A stretch of DNA of 64,000 nt from an uncultured Chloroflexia bacterium (lineage in GTDB: Bacteria; Chloroflexota; Limnocylindria; Limnocylindrales; CSP1-4), in the NCBI GenBank assembly GCA_963766735.1, contig CAVYBU010000017.1:128001-192000 (forward strand), written 5' to 3'. How positions within the stretch are numbered: position 1 is the stretch's first letter; each line of letters opens with the position of its first letter. Shown piece by piece: positions 26,751-36,742 of the stretch. The position numbers and the translations under genes are program-made. Under the pieces are notes generated by a model that saw only the letters and a program-made list of their open reading frames with translations, ran no database searches and was not told where the DNA came from.

Positions 26751-27314
26751 CTAGGGTCGGCGACGCCGCGAGGAGGCGCGCACCAGCACGATCGCCCCCA
26801 GCGCAATCAGGACGGCCGGCCAGACGAGAGCCGAGAAGGTCGGCAGCATCAGGCTCGAGGCGCCGATGACGGAGAGGATTGCGCCCAGTCCCGCCTGCCA
26901 GCCCCAGCCCCCATCGCTCGATGAGCGGACCAGCGCGATGAACAGGAACGCGACGCCCAGGCACAACGTTCCGACGCCCGCTCCCTCGATCAACCCGGCC
27001 GCCGCGAGCAGGCCGGGCGCGGCGAGGGCCGTGATGATCGAGCCGAGGTAGAGCGCCACGACGCTGCGGTTGACGAGCCACGACACGAGGAAGGCGACGC
27101 CGGCGGCCAGGAAGAGGAGTGAACCGGCGGTCTCGAGGGACGGGAACATCGCGCGGAGCAGGAGCAGCGCCCCGAGCACCACGAGGAAGATGCCGAACCA
27201 CGGCAGCCGGGACTTGCCACGCCGTCCGCCAGCATCGGTCCAGTCCCAGCCGTAGACCCTGACCCCATTCTCGATGACCTCGCCCTGCAGGGGCTCGGTC
27301 CGTCGCTCGTCCAT
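26751..27314 (-). CDS. Hypothetical multi-pass membrane protein (LiaF/LiaI-like TM segments)
   Basis: About six hydrophobic helices; GIFLVVLGALLLL and WPAVLIALG patterns. Confidence 0.65.
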   Translation of the reverse strand: MDERRTEPLQGEVIENGVRVYGWDWTDAGGRRGKSRLPWFGIFLVVLGALLLLRAMFPSLETAGSLLFLAAGVAFLVSWLVNRSVVALYLGSIITALAAPGLLAAAGLIEGAGVGTLCLGVAFLFIALVRSSSDGGWGWQAGLGAILSVIGASSLMLPTFSALVWPAVLIALGAIVLVRASSRRRRP

Positions 27315-27472
27315 CTGGTCCTCCGGAGCTCGCTGGGGTGAGGGTAGCGCGCTGGCGGCCCGCGGGCACGCGATCGTCGACCGGGGACGCGCCGCGACGG
27401 GGTGCGCGGAGGCTCGCGATCATGCGCGACAACGGGGTGCGCGGGGCCATGCCGCGGGACTACGATCTTGGT

Positions 27473-28411
27473 ATGCCGCACGTCATGACCGTCCTCGGCC
27501 CCGTCGAGCCTTCGGCCCTCGGGTTCACGCTGCCCCACGAGCACACCCAGTGCGCTCTCTGGCACATCCAGGATCGCTGGGACTACTGGGAGCTCACCCG
27601 CGATGAGCCGGTGATCCTCGAGGAGCTCCGCCTGTTCAAGGAAGCCGGTGGCACGGCGATGGCCGACCTCACGCTGCCCGGCATCGGGCGCGACCCGGCA
27701 TGGCTGCGGCACATCTCGGAGCAGAGCGGCATCCACATCGTCATGGGCGGTGGCTGGTACCGGACCGCCTACTACCCGGTGGAGACGCTCATCGAGAAAC
27801 GATCAGCGGACTCCCTGGCGGAGGAGCTGGTCCACGATGCCACCGTCGGGGTGGGGGAGACCGGGATCCGGATCGGGGTCCTGGGCGAGATCGGCACGGA
27901 CAAGCCGTGGGTCTCACCGGCCGAGGAGCGGGTCTTCCGAGCCGTCGCGCGGGCATCGAGGCGGACGGGGCTGGCCATCTCCACGCACGCCATCCTGTCG
28001 GACGTGGGCGCGGCCCAGCTCGCGATTCTCGAGGAGGAGGGGGTGGACCCGGGCCGGGTCGTCATCGGGCACGCGGACAGCTACCCGATCCTGGACCACT
28101 ATCTGTCGTTGATCAACCGCGGCGCCTCGATCGAGTTCGACTTCCTCGGCATGTCGTTCACGCCGATGGAGAAGTACGGCGAGGGACGGACGATCGAGCT
28201 GGTGCTGGAGCTGCTGCACCGCGGGCACGTGGACAGGTTGCTCTTGAGCCAGGACGTCTGTCACAACAGCCAGCTCCGCCACTACCAGGGGAACGGCTAC
28301 ACCTATCTGCACGATACGTTCCTGCCGCGGCTGCTGGAGGCCGGGGTGTCCCAGGAGGAGATCGACTGCCTGACGGTCGAGAACCCGCGCCGGATCCTGA
28401 CGATCGGGTAG
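27473..28411 (+). CDS. Phosphotriesterase-homology protein (amidohydrolase, Php-like)
   Basis: TLPHEH, GEIG (bridging Glu as in Php), ISTH, IGHAD, LLSQD metal ligands. Confidence 0.9.
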   Translation: MPHVMTVLGPVEPSALGFTLPHEHTQCALWHIQDRWDYWELTRDEPVILEELRLFKEAGGTAMADLTLPGIGRDPAWLRHISEQSGIHIVMGGGWYRTAYYPVETLIEKRSADSLAEELVHDATVGVGETGIRIGVLGEIGTDKPWVSPAEERVFRAVARASRRTGLAISTHAILSDVGAAQLAILEEEGVDPGRVVIGHADSYPILDHYLSLINRGASIEFDFLGMSFTPMEKYGEGRTIELVLELLHRGHVDRLLLSQDVCHNSQLRHYQGNGYTYLHDTFLPRLLEAGVSQEEIDCLTVENPRRILTIG

Positions 28412-28507
28412 CGAATGCCTGGCTGCGTGGCCTTGCGCGCCAGGCGTGGACGCGCCGCACTCGAGCTCGCGCGTGACCGGGATCCGCGGTGAGCCCACGG
28501 AATCGAG

Positions 28508-28537
28508 ACGCCGGCCGTCCGTGAGGGCGACCGGCGT
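28508..28537. terminator. GC-rich hairpin between convergent php-like and osmC-like genes
   Basis: ACGCCGGCCGTCC-GTGA-GGGCGACCGGCGT imperfect stem with tetraloop. Confidence 0.5.
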
Positions 28538-28560
28538 TGGGCGTGAGGCGAACCCGGAGA

Positions 28561-29001
28561 TCAGGCGAGCGTCGCCACCACGGACAGCTCCACGTTCCCC
28601 TTGAGGGCCTGCGAGACGGGGCAGCCGTCCTTGGCGCCATCCGCGAGCTCCGCGAACTTGGCCTGGTCCAGACCCGGGACCACGCCCGAGACCGTGAGGT
28701 CGCTCTTCGTGATTTTCCAGCCCGCGTCCGTCTTGTCGAACGTCACGACGGCCTTGACATCCAGCCTGGTGGCCGGGGTGCCGTTGCGGGCGAGCGCGCC
28801 CGAGAACGCCATCGAGAAGCAGGACGAGTGTGCGGACGCGATGAGCTCTTCCGGGCTGGTGCGGCCGTCGTGTGCCTCGGTCCGCGAGGCCCAGGTGACC
28901 GGGAGTCGGGTGAACGAGCCCGACGAGACGTAGTTGATCGACCCGGAGCCGGTCATGAGATCGCCGTTCCAGACGGTCTCGGCGAAGCGGGTGATGGCCA
29001 T
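28561..29001 (-). CDS. osmC: OsmC family peroxiredoxin
   Basis: TSPEELIASAHSSCFSMA and AKDGCPVSQAL with both catalytic Cys. Confidence 0.92.
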   Translation of the reverse strand: MAITRFAETVWNGDLMTGSGSINYVSSGSFTRLPVTWASRTEAHDGRTSPEELIASAHSSCFSMAFSGALARNGTPATRLDVKAVVTFDKTDAGWKITKSDLTVSGVVPGLDQAKFAELADGAKDGCPVSQALKGNVELSVVATLA

Positions 29002-29130
29002 GTGCGGATCCTCCTTGGGCAGCGGTGGGGCCAATAGGGTGCCACGGGTCGCGAGCGGACGCCCGAGGATGCCTTCCGAGCCCCTGGGCAACTGGCGGAC
29101 CAGCGCCCTGGGCGGCCGGAGCGGATGCAG

Positions 29131-29164
29131 CTCACCCCGCCTCGGCGGAGCCGGGCGGGGTGAG
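29131..29164 (-). terminator. Hairpin downstream of RND gene
   Basis: CTCACCCCGCC(T)CGGC / GCCGGGCGGGGTGAG long stem, no clear U-tract. Confidence 0.5.
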
Positions 29165-29201
29165 GGCGAGGAACAGTTGAGGCCGCTGATCCGGCCCGGT
29201 A

Positions 29202-32200
29202 TCAGCCCCCCGTTGGGGCCGTCTCCGCCGCCACGGTCGCGTCGGATCCGGCGGCACGGCCGGCGAGACGCCTGGACAGCCCGGTCTTCCCGCTGTCCAC
29301 CAGCGAGTAGATCACCGGGATGACGAGCAGGGTGAGGAACGTCGAGCTGAACAGGCCGCCGATGACGACCGTGCCGAGTTCCGACGCGATGATCGAGCCG
29401 TTGTTGAACCCGGCCGCGAGCGGGATCAGCGCCAGGATCGTCGCGATCGCCGTCATCAGGATCGGCCGCACTCGGGTGCGGCCGCCCTCGATCAGGGCGG
29501 CCCTTGTGGCCATGCCCTGCGACCGCAACCGTTCGACGAGGTCGAGGAGCACGATCGCGTTCGTGACCACGATCCCGATCAGCATCAGGAAGCCGATCAG
29601 GGCGCTGACGCCGAGCGGCCGCCCGGTGAAGTACAGCGCCGGGAGGGCGCCGATCGTCGCGAGAGGGAGGCTGAACAGGATGATGAACGGGGTGATCAGC
29701 GAGTTGAACGTCAGCACCATCGCCAGGTAGACGACCAGCACGGCCACGCCCATCGAGACGAACAGGCCGCCGAAGGCCTCGTTCTGCTGCTGGGTGACGC
29801 CGGCGAGCCGCACGTCCACGCCGTCGGGGATGGACCCGTCCGCCACGAGGGCGTCGATCTCCAGCTGGACGTCGGCGCTGACCTGTCCCGTGTCGACGGA
29901 CGCGATCTCGGCGGAGATCGAGGCCGCGGGCGACTGGTCGATCCGCGTGATGGACCCCTGGGTGCTGACCTCCTCCACGGTGGCAACCGTCTCGAGGGGC
30001 GCCTTGACGACGGTCCCGACCGGGAGCTGGCGCAGATCAGCGACGGACGTCACGCTCTCGGGGTCGGCCCGGACGAAGACCTCTACGGCGTCGCCGGCCT
30101 CGCCGATCACGATCCGGGTGGCCGTGGTCCCGACCAGCGCTGCCCGGACCTCCTGGGCGACCTGCGCCGCCGTCAGCCCGACCGCGATCGCCTTGTTCGG
30201 GTCCGGCACGACCTGGATCTCGGGAGTGCCCTTGGACAGATCGGACTTGAGGTTGAGCAGGTCGCTGTTGTCGGACAGCGCCTCGACAACGGCGTCGTTG
30301 GCCACCGCGACGTCCGCCGCGAGCTCGCCGGAGACGACGACGTTGAGGTTGTTCGAGGTGAAGCCGGCGGCCTGCGAGACGGCGACGTCGTAGCCGTCCG
30401 TCTTCACCGGTGCCAGGGATTCCGAGAGGACCTGGGCGTACTCCGTCAGGTCGACGGATTCGTTCAGGACGACCGTGATCCGGGCGCTGTTGGCCGGCCG
30501 CCCGCTCTGGGCGGCGACGATCGTCTGGAACCCGGCTTCGCCCTCTCCCGGGATGGAGGTCTGGACGAGCTCGACGTTGGGATCCGCGATCAGGATCTCC
30601 TCGGCCTTGATGGTCTGCTCCAGGACCGCCGCCGTGCTGGTGCCGGCGGGCGGCGCGACAGTGACCTGGAGGATCTTCTCCGAGCCCGCGTTGATGAACG
30701 CCGTCGGCAGGAGCGGTGCCAGCGCCATGGTGGCCATGAACAGGACGAGCGAGACGCCGAGCACGCTGAGCTTGGTCACGCGGCTGCGCAGCGCAAATGT
30801 GATCGACGGCGTGTAGGCCTTGATCCAGAGTGAGTTCTTCGGCTCGCCGTCCTCGTCCACGTTCAGCTTGACCTTGTCGATCAGCAGGTACGCCAGCACC
30901 GGCACGACCGTCAGCGCGACCACCAGCGAGGCGAGGAGCGCGAACGTGACCGTGAGGGCGAACGGGAGGAAGAACTCGGACACGAGGCCGCCGACGAAGC
31001 CGAGCGGCAGGAACACGCCGACCGTCGTGACGGTTGCGGCCGTGATGGCGCCCGCGACCTCCTTCGGCCCCTGGATGGCGGCGGTCAGCCGGTCCTCGCC
31101 GAGGGCGCGGTGACGGTAGATGTTCTCGAGGACGACGATGGCATCGTCCACGACGCGTCCGACGGCGACGGCGAGGCCGCCAAGGGTCATGATGTTGATG
31201 GTGACGCCGGTCGCCTGCATGATCACGAGCGCGGCAAGGATCGACAGCGGGATGCTGACCGCGGCGACGATCGTGGAGCGGATGCTGAACAGGAACAGGA
31301 AGATGGTCAGGACGGCGAAGAGGGCGCCGAGGCCACCCTCCTTGACCAGGCCGTCGCGGGATTCCTCGATGAACGTGGACAGGTCCGAGACGACCGTGAT
31401 GTCGATGCTCTCCGAGTACTGCTGCTCGAGCTCCTCGAGCGTGGCGGTGACCTCCTCGGCCACCGAGACCGTGTTGGCGTCCGACGTCTTCGAGACGGAC
31501 AGCGAGAGGGCAGGCTGGCCGCCGGTCCGGGCATAGCCCGTCGTCGCGACGCCCTTCAGCTCGACGGTGCCGAGGTCGCCGATGGTGACCATCTTCGGCG
31601 GGGCCGGCGTGGCGACCGGAGCGACGGAGGCGTTCGGGTCGGCCGAGGCAGCGGGCTGTCCGGGGGCACCGGGCTGTCCTGGGGCACCGGGCTGTCCTGG
31701 GGCACCCGCCGCGGGGGCAACCCCGACCACCATGTTCTCGATCTCCTCGACGCCGCCGATGCGGCCGATCGTGGAGACCGGGATCTTCTCGGTGTCGGTC
31801 GTGATCTGGCCGGCCGGGAAGGTCAGGTTGTTGGCAGCGAGCAGACCCGTGACCTGCCCGATCGAGACCCCGTTGGCCGTGAGCTTCTCCGGGTCGAGGG
31901 TGATGAGGATCTGCTGCTCCTCACCGCCGGTGATGTCGACGCTGCCGACGCCCTCGATCCCGAGGAGTGCGGGCTCGATCTCGGTCTTGGCGATCAGGTC
32001 CGCCTTCGCCAGCCCGTCCTCGGACGTGGCGGCGATGGACGCGATGATGACGGGGGACGAGTTGATGTTGAGCGCGCTGACCTGTGGGGTCACCGTGGCG
32101 GGCAAACCGACGTTCTGCAGGTTCTGCTCGATGGCCGCCCGGATCTCCTTGACGTCGGACCCGAACGAGAACTGCGCGATCACCAGGGACAACGAGTTCG

Positions 32201-32456
32201 CCGACGTCGACTGCAGGCCCTCGAGGCGCGGCACGCCCGAGACGGCCCGCTCGATCGGCTTGGTCACCTGATCGGCGACGTCGGCGGCGCCCGCTCCGGG
32301 GAGCGGCGCGATGACGGTGATGACCGGGAACTCGATGTCCGGCAGCAGCTCCTGCTTCAGGCCGCCCCACGCCAGGATGCCGGCGATGAACAGCGCCCCG
32401 GCCAGCATGAGCGTGACGCTCCGCTTGGCGACGGCGAACTCCGTGAGACGGCTCAT
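29202..32456 (-). CDS. RND efflux permease (AcrB/SwrC-like)
   Basis: ELLPDIEFP, GRVVDDAIVVLENI, GIVVTNAIVL, RVRPILMT motifs. 1084 aa. Confidence 0.93.
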   Translation of the reverse strand: MSRLTEFAVAKRSVTLMLAGALFIAGILAWGGLKQELLPDIEFPVITVIAPLPGAGAADVADQVTKPIERAVSGVPRLEGLQSTSANSLSLVIAQFSFGSDVKEIRAAIEQNLQNVGLPATVTPQVSALNINSSPVIIASIAATSEDGLAKADLIAKTEIEPALLGIEGVGSVDITGGEEQQILITLDPEKLTANGVSIGQVTGLLAANNLTFPAGQITTDTEKIPVSTIGRIGGVEEIENMVVGVAPAAGAPGQPGAPGQPGAPGQPAASADPNASVAPVATPAPPKMVTIGDLGTVELKGVATTGYARTGGQPALSLSVSKTSDANTVSVAEEVTATLEELEQQYSESIDITVVSDLSTFIEESRDGLVKEGGLGALFAVLTIFLFLFSIRSTIVAAVSIPLSILAALVIMQATGVTINIMTLGGLAVAVGRVVDDAIVVLENIYRHRALGEDRLTAAIQGPKEVAGAITAATVTTVGVFLPLGFVGGLVSEFFLPFALTVTFALLASLVVALTVVPVLAYLLIDKVKLNVDEDGEPKNSLWIKAYTPSITFALRSRVTKLSVLGVSLVLFMATMALAPLLPTAFINAGSEKILQVTVAPPAGTSTAAVLEQTIKAEEILIADPNVELVQTSIPGEGEAGFQTIVAAQSGRPANSARITVVLNESVDLTEYAQVLSESLAPVKTDGYDVAVSQAAGFTSNNLNVVVSGELAADVAVANDAVVEALSDNSDLLNLKSDLSKGTPEIQVVPDPNKAIAVGLTAAQVAQEVRAALVGTTATRIVIGEAGDAVEVFVRADPESVTSVADLRQLPVGTVVKAPLETVATVEEVSTQGSITRIDQSPAASISAEIASVDTGQVSADVQLEIDALVADGSIPDGVDVRLAGVTQQQNEAFGGLFVSMGVAVLVVYLAMVLTFNSLITPFIILFSLPLATIGALPALYFTGRPLGVSALIGFLMLIGIVVTNAIVLLDLVERLRSQGMATRAALIEGGRTRVRPILMTAIATILALIPLAAGFNNGSIIASELGTVVIGGLFSSTFLTLLVIPVIYSLVDSGKTGLSRRLAGRAAGSDATVAAETAPTGG
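31653..31706 (-). repeat. Three in-frame 18-bp tandem repeats encoding (GAPGQP)3 within the RND protein
   Basis: GGGCTGTCC(G/T)GGGGCACC x3. Confidence 0.85.
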
Positions 32457-32917
32457 GTCTGATCCTTTCGGGTGGGCGACGGGCGGGGGGACGCGGGCAG
32501 GGAAGCTGAGGCGAGGCGGCTGGCGGCGGTGGCCAAGGCGGCGAGGGCGTCCCTCACCTTGGCGAGGTCCTGGTCACCGAGGAGCTCGAGCAACTCGCGC
32601 ATCTGGCGGGCGTTGAGCTCCCGGAAGCGATCGATGAAGTCGAGTCCGGCCGGCGTGAGGGCGACGACCACCTGGCGGCGGTCGACGGGATCGTCGTGGC
32701 GGGAGGCGAGGCCCTGGTCCACCACCTTGTCGACGAGCCCGCTGATCGTGGACAGCGAGACACCGAGGCGATGGACGAGATCGGACATGTGAAGCTCGCC
32801 GGCCGCACCGAGGAGGTACAGGAGCTTGGCCTGGGGCATCGTGATGGCGATCTCCAGGAACTCCGGTGCGTGACTGCCGGCGAGGCGCTGCATGAGCGCC
32901 TCGTAGCCCGCGATCAC
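32453..32917 (-). CDS. MarR family transcriptional regulator
   Basis: ITMPQAKLL, LGVSLSTISGLVDKV, DRRQVVVALT. Overlaps the RND start. True start may be further upstream (32953). Confidence 0.9.
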   Translation of the reverse strand: MIAGYEALMQRLAGSHAPEFLEIAITMPQAKLLYLLGAAGELHMSDLVHRLGVSLSTISGLVDKVVDQGLASRHDDPVDRRQVVVALTPAGLDFIDRFRELNARQMRELLELLGDQDLAKVRDALAALATAASRLASASLPASPRPSPTRKDQT

Positions 32918-32977
32918 CTCGTCGACGACGGTGGAGCGATCGGTCTGCGTGATGGCTTGATCCTTCGCGTGTGACTG

Positions 32978-33000
32978 ATGGTTCGGTCACACCGAACCAT
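32978..33000. promoter_or_regulatory. Perfect 10-3-10 palindrome ATGGTTCGGT-CAC-ACCGAACCAT, probable MarR operator
   Basis: Read directly, immediately upstream of the marR-RND operon. Confidence 0.7.
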
Positions 33001-33078
33001 TCGGCCGAGACGATACATCGGATCGGCGAGTGTCGCCGATGACCCGTCCATCCGCCGGCGAGGCGTACCATCGGTCCG

Positions 33079-34380
33079 GTGACCCAGCAGCCCCGCGCCG
33101 TCTCTGCCGCGGCCGCGCGCCGCTTCCTCGTCGCGAGGCACCTCCTCGCCCCGCCTCGGTCGCTCCCGCCGGAGCCCGCGTCGGTCTTGCGTGTGATGGA
33201 CCGGCTCGGCTCCCTCCAGTTCGACCCCCTCGAGGTCGCGGGCCGCAACCACGACCTGACGCTCCTCGCCCGTGTGGCCGGGTACCGCCGGCCCTGGACG
33301 GACGACCTCCTGTACCGGGATCGCGTCCTGTACGAGACGTACAACAAGATGCTGTCGCTCGTACCGACCGCGGAGCTGCCGTGGTACCGGCTGACGTGGG
33401 ACCAGAACCATGAGAGCCACACCGGCGGCGCCTTCGACGAGCACGCACCGCTCGTCGCGGAGCTGCTGGACCGGATCCGTGCAAACGGTCCGCTGAGTTC
33501 CACGGACGTGGTGCCGCGTGCGTCGATCGACTGGTACTGGCGTCCCACGAACCAGGTGCGCGCGATCCTGGAGGCGCTGGGCGAGGCCGGCATCCTGGCG
33601 ATCTCCCGCCGCGAGGGCAACCGCCGCATCTACGACCTCACGGAGCGCCTCTTTCCGGCTGATCTCCTGGCCAGGCGCCCACCGGAGCGCGAGCAGCGCC
33701 GCCACAAGCTCCTCTCCCGGTACCGCGGCAACGGCATGCTGGGGGCAACGGGCGAGTACACGCTCTGGTACGGGACGGGCGACGCGGCCGGCCGGAGCAG
33801 CCTGAGGGCCGAGCTGGTCGACATGGGCGCGCTGCTCCCCGTGACCGTGGAGGGCGTGCGCGGCACGCGGTTCGTCGTCGCGGACGAGACCCCGATCCTG
33901 GACGCCGCCGAGGCCGAGCTGGCGATGGAGGCTGCCGGTGCAGGGGCGGGAGGAACCTGGCGGATCGGGCGCCCGGGCGGCGTGGACGCCGGCGCCGTCT
34001 TCCTGGCGCCGCTCGACCCGCTTGCCTGGGACCGGGACCTGCTCCTGCGCCTGTGGGGCTTCGACTACCGCTGGGAGGTCTACGTCCCGGCCGCGAAGCG
34101 GCGCTGGGGCTACTACGTCCTGCCACTCCTGTACGGTGACCGGTTCGTGGGCAGGATCGAGCCCCGCATCGACCGCAGGACCGGCACGCTGCGGATCCTC
34201 GGGCTGTGGTGGGAGGATGGCTTCGACCCGCTGGATGGGGCGAACCCCGGGTTCGCCGACGCGTTTGCCGACGCGCTGCGGGCGCACATGGCGTTCGCGG
34301 GTCTCACGAAGGTGGTCATGCCCAGGGTCGTCCGACACCGGGCGTTCGCGGCGGCGGTCAGGGAGCGCATCCGGCGGTAG
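33079..34380 (+). CDS. YcaQ/AlkZ-like winged-helix DNA crosslink repair glycosylase
   Basis: LQFDP (QxD motif), LAPLDPLAWDR, FDYRWEVYVPAAKRRWGYYVLP. Confidence 0.88.
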   Translation: MTQQPRAVSAAAARRFLVARHLLAPPRSLPPEPASVLRVMDRLGSLQFDPLEVAGRNHDLTLLARVAGYRRPWTDDLLYRDRVLYETYNKMLSLVPTAELPWYRLTWDQNHESHTGGAFDEHAPLVAELLDRIRANGPLSSTDVVPRASIDWYWRPTNQVRAILEALGEAGILAISRREGNRRIYDLTERLFPADLLARRPPEREQRRHKLLSRYRGNGMLGATGEYTLWYGTGDAAGRSSLRAELVDMGALLPVTVEGVRGTRFVVADETPILDAAEAELAMEAAGAGAGGTWRIGRPGGVDAGAVFLAPLDPLAWDRDLLLRLWGFDYRWEVYVPAAKRRWGYYVLPLLYGDRFVGRIEPRIDRRTGTLRILGLWWEDGFDPLDGANPGFADAFADALRAHMAFAGLTKVVMPRVVRHRAFAAAVRERIRR

Positions 34381-34389
34381 AGGTATCGA

Positions 34390-34452
34390 AGCCGCTCAGC
34401 CGGCGCCGGCAGTACCGGAGCCGCCTGGCCGGAGCCGCTCAGCCGGCGCCGG
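34390..34452 (-). repeat. 20-bp direct repeat duplicating the 3' end and stop codon of cysN
   Basis: AGCCGCTCAGCCGGCGCCGG at 34390-34409 and 34433-34452 (period 43). Confidence 0.75.
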
Positions 34453-35707
34453 TGGCTCGCCCGATCATCCCGACCGCGACGGTCCGGTTGCTGCTCTCGT
34501 CGACCAGGATGAAGGCGCCCGTCTGGCGGTTCTGCTGGTAGGGGTCCACGAACAGCGGCTGCGTGACGCGGAGCTGGATGCGGCCGATCTCGTTGAGCAC
34601 AAGCTCGGTCGCCTGCTCCTCGCGGTGCAACGTGTTCACGTTGACGCGGTAGTTGAGCTCCTTCACCACGGCCCTTGCCCAGCGGGTCGTGTGCTTGATG
34701 GCGTACCGGCGGCCGACGGCCAGCGGCGCGTTCTCGTCCATCCAGCAGACCTGCGCGTCGAGATCCTGCACGACGTTGGGCATGTTGTGCGGGCGACACA
34801 GCATGTCGCCCCGGCTGATGTCAAGGTCGTCGGCCAGCGTGAGCGTGACGGCCATTGGCGGGAAGGCCTCGTCCACGGGTCCATCCGCCGTCTCGATCGA
34901 GGCGATCGTCGTCTCCAGGCCGCTCGGCAGGGCGGTCACCCGGTCGCCGGCCCGGAGCACGCCCGACGCCACGGTGCCCGCGTAGCCCCGGTAGTCCACG
35001 ACCTCGAACGATTGCGGCCGGATCACGTACTGCACCGGGAACCGGACGTCGACGAAGTTGCGGTCGCTCGCCACGTGCAGCCGCTCCAGGTGGCTGAGCA
35101 GCGGCGACGCGTCGTACCAGGGCGTGTTTGTGGAGCGGGCGACGACGTTGTCGCCGTGCAGCGCGGAGATCGGGATGAACGTCATGTCCCGCACCCGCAG
35201 CCGGGTGGCAAACTCGGCGAACTCGTCCCTGATCCGCTCGAACACGGCTTCCGAGAAGTCCACCAGGTCCATCTTGTTGATGCACACCACGAGGTGGGGC
35301 ACGCCCAGAAGGGTGGCGAGGAAGGCGTGCCGCCTGCTCTGCTCGGTGATGCCCTTCCGGGCGTCGATCAGGATCAGGGCGACGTCCGCGGTCGAGGCAC
35401 CGGTGACCATGTTGCGGGTGTACTGGGTGTGCCCCGGGGTGTCGGCGATGATGAACCTGCGCCTCGGTGTCGCGAAGTAGCGGTAGGCGACGTCGATCGT
35501 GATGCCCTGCTCCCGTTCCGCCCGCAGGCCGTCGGTCAGCAGGGCCAGGTCGGTGTAGTCGTTGCCCCGGTCTCGGCTGACCCGCTCGACCGACTCCAGC
35601 TGGTCGCTGAACAGCGACTTGGAGTCGTACAGGAGACGACCGATCAGCGTGCTCTTGCCGTCGTCGACGGAGCCAGCGGTCGCGAACCGGAGCAGGTCGG
35701 CGGGCAT
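34439..35707 (-). CDS. cysN: Sulfate adenylyltransferase subunit 1 (GTPase), without fused APS kinase
   Basis: TAGSVDDGKSTLIGRLL, REQGITIDVAYRYF, ADTPGH, NKMD, LVLNEIG. Confidence 0.95.
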   Translation of the reverse strand: MPADLLRFATAGSVDDGKSTLIGRLLYDSKSLFSDQLESVERVSRDRGNDYTDLALLTDGLRAEREQGITIDVAYRYFATPRRRFIIADTPGHTQYTRNMVTGASTADVALILIDARKGITEQSRRHAFLATLLGVPHLVVCINKMDLVDFSEAVFERIRDEFAEFATRLRVRDMTFIPISALHGDNVVARSTNTPWYDASPLLSHLERLHVASDRNFVDVRFPVQYVIRPQSFEVVDYRGYAGTVASGVLRAGDRVTALPSGLETTIASIETADGPVDEAFPPMAVTLTLADDLDISRGDMLCRPHNMPNVVQDLDAQVCWMDENAPLAVGRRYAIKHTTRWARAVVKELNYRVNVNTLHREEQATELVLNEIGRIQLRVTQPLFVDPYQQNRQTGAFILVDESSNRTVAVGMIGRATGAG

Positions 35708-36609
35708 CAGAAGTAGCCCTCCTTCTTCCGGTCTTCCATCGCGGCCTCGCTCACCCTGTCGTCGCCGCGCGTCGCGCCGCGCTCGGTGATCCGCACGGCG
35801 GCGATCTCGGCCACGATCTTGTCCACCGTGTCGGCGTCGGACTCGACGGCAGCCGTCAGGTTGGCGTCTCCGATCGTCCGGTAGCGGACCCGGCGCACCT
35901 CCGGGGTCTCGCCCGGACGGAGCGGGACGAACCGGTTGGATCCATACAGCATCCCGCCCCGCTCGACGACCTCGCGCTCGGCGGCCAGGTAGAGGCCGGG
36001 GATCTCGATCTGCTCCTCGGCGATGTAGGTCCACACGTCGAGCTCGGTCCAGTTCGACAGCGGAAACACGCGGATGCTCTCCGCCGGGAACACGCGGCCG
36101 TTGTACAGGCTCCACAGCTCCGGGCGCTGGTTCTTCGGGTCCCACTGGCCAAACTCGTCGCGGAACGAGAACACGCGCTCCTTGGCCCGCGCCTTCTCCT
36201 CGTCCCGGCGACCGCCACCGAACAGGGCGTCGAACCCGTGCCGCTCCACGGCTTCCAGCAGCACCCGCGTCTGGATCCGGTTGCGCGATCCGTTGGGCTC
36301 CTCCGAAACGAGCCCGCGGTCGATCGCGTCCTGCACCGACGCGACCACGAGCTGCAGACCGAGCTTCTCGATCCAGCCATTCCGGTAGGCAAGGATCTCG
36401 TCGAAGTTCAGGCCGGTGTCCACGTGCATGACCGGGAACGGGATGCGCGCCGGCGCGAATGCCTTGCGCGCAACGTGGAGCATGACGATCGAATCCTTGC
36501 CGCCCGAGAACAGGAGACACGGCCGCCGCATCTCGGCCCCGACTTCGCGGAAGATGTGGATGCTCTCCGCCTCGAGGCTGCGCAGGTGGCTCAGGGCGTG
36601 TGTGTTCAC
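35707..36609 (-). CDS. cysD: Sulfate adenylyltransferase subunit 2
   Basis: LFSGGKDS, GGRRDEEKARAKER, QWDPKNQRPELW, MEDRKKEGYF. Confidence 0.96.
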   Translation of the reverse strand: MNTHALSHLRSLEAESIHIFREVGAEMRRPCLLFSGGKDSIVMLHVARKAFAPARIPFPVMHVDTGLNFDEILAYRNGWIEKLGLQLVVASVQDAIDRGLVSEEPNGSRNRIQTRVLLEAVERHGFDALFGGGRRDEEKARAKERVFSFRDEFGQWDPKNQRPELWSLYNGRVFPAESIRVFPLSNWTELDVWTYIAEEQIEIPGLYLAAEREVVERGGMLYGSNRFVPLRPGETPEVRRVRYRTIGDANLTAAVESDADTVDKIVAEIAAVRITERGATRGDDRVSEAAMEDRKKEGYF

Positions 36610-36742
36610 GGGCGGTGGATGATCCGCGTCACGTTCGGCGTGCTCCTTGTCGTGGGCTCGCGGCGGTCCGGCAAGTCCCTGACGTTATCATCGCTGGCAT
36701 GCCAGCCACGCTGCCGACCCCCCCGATCGTGCCGGAGGCACC

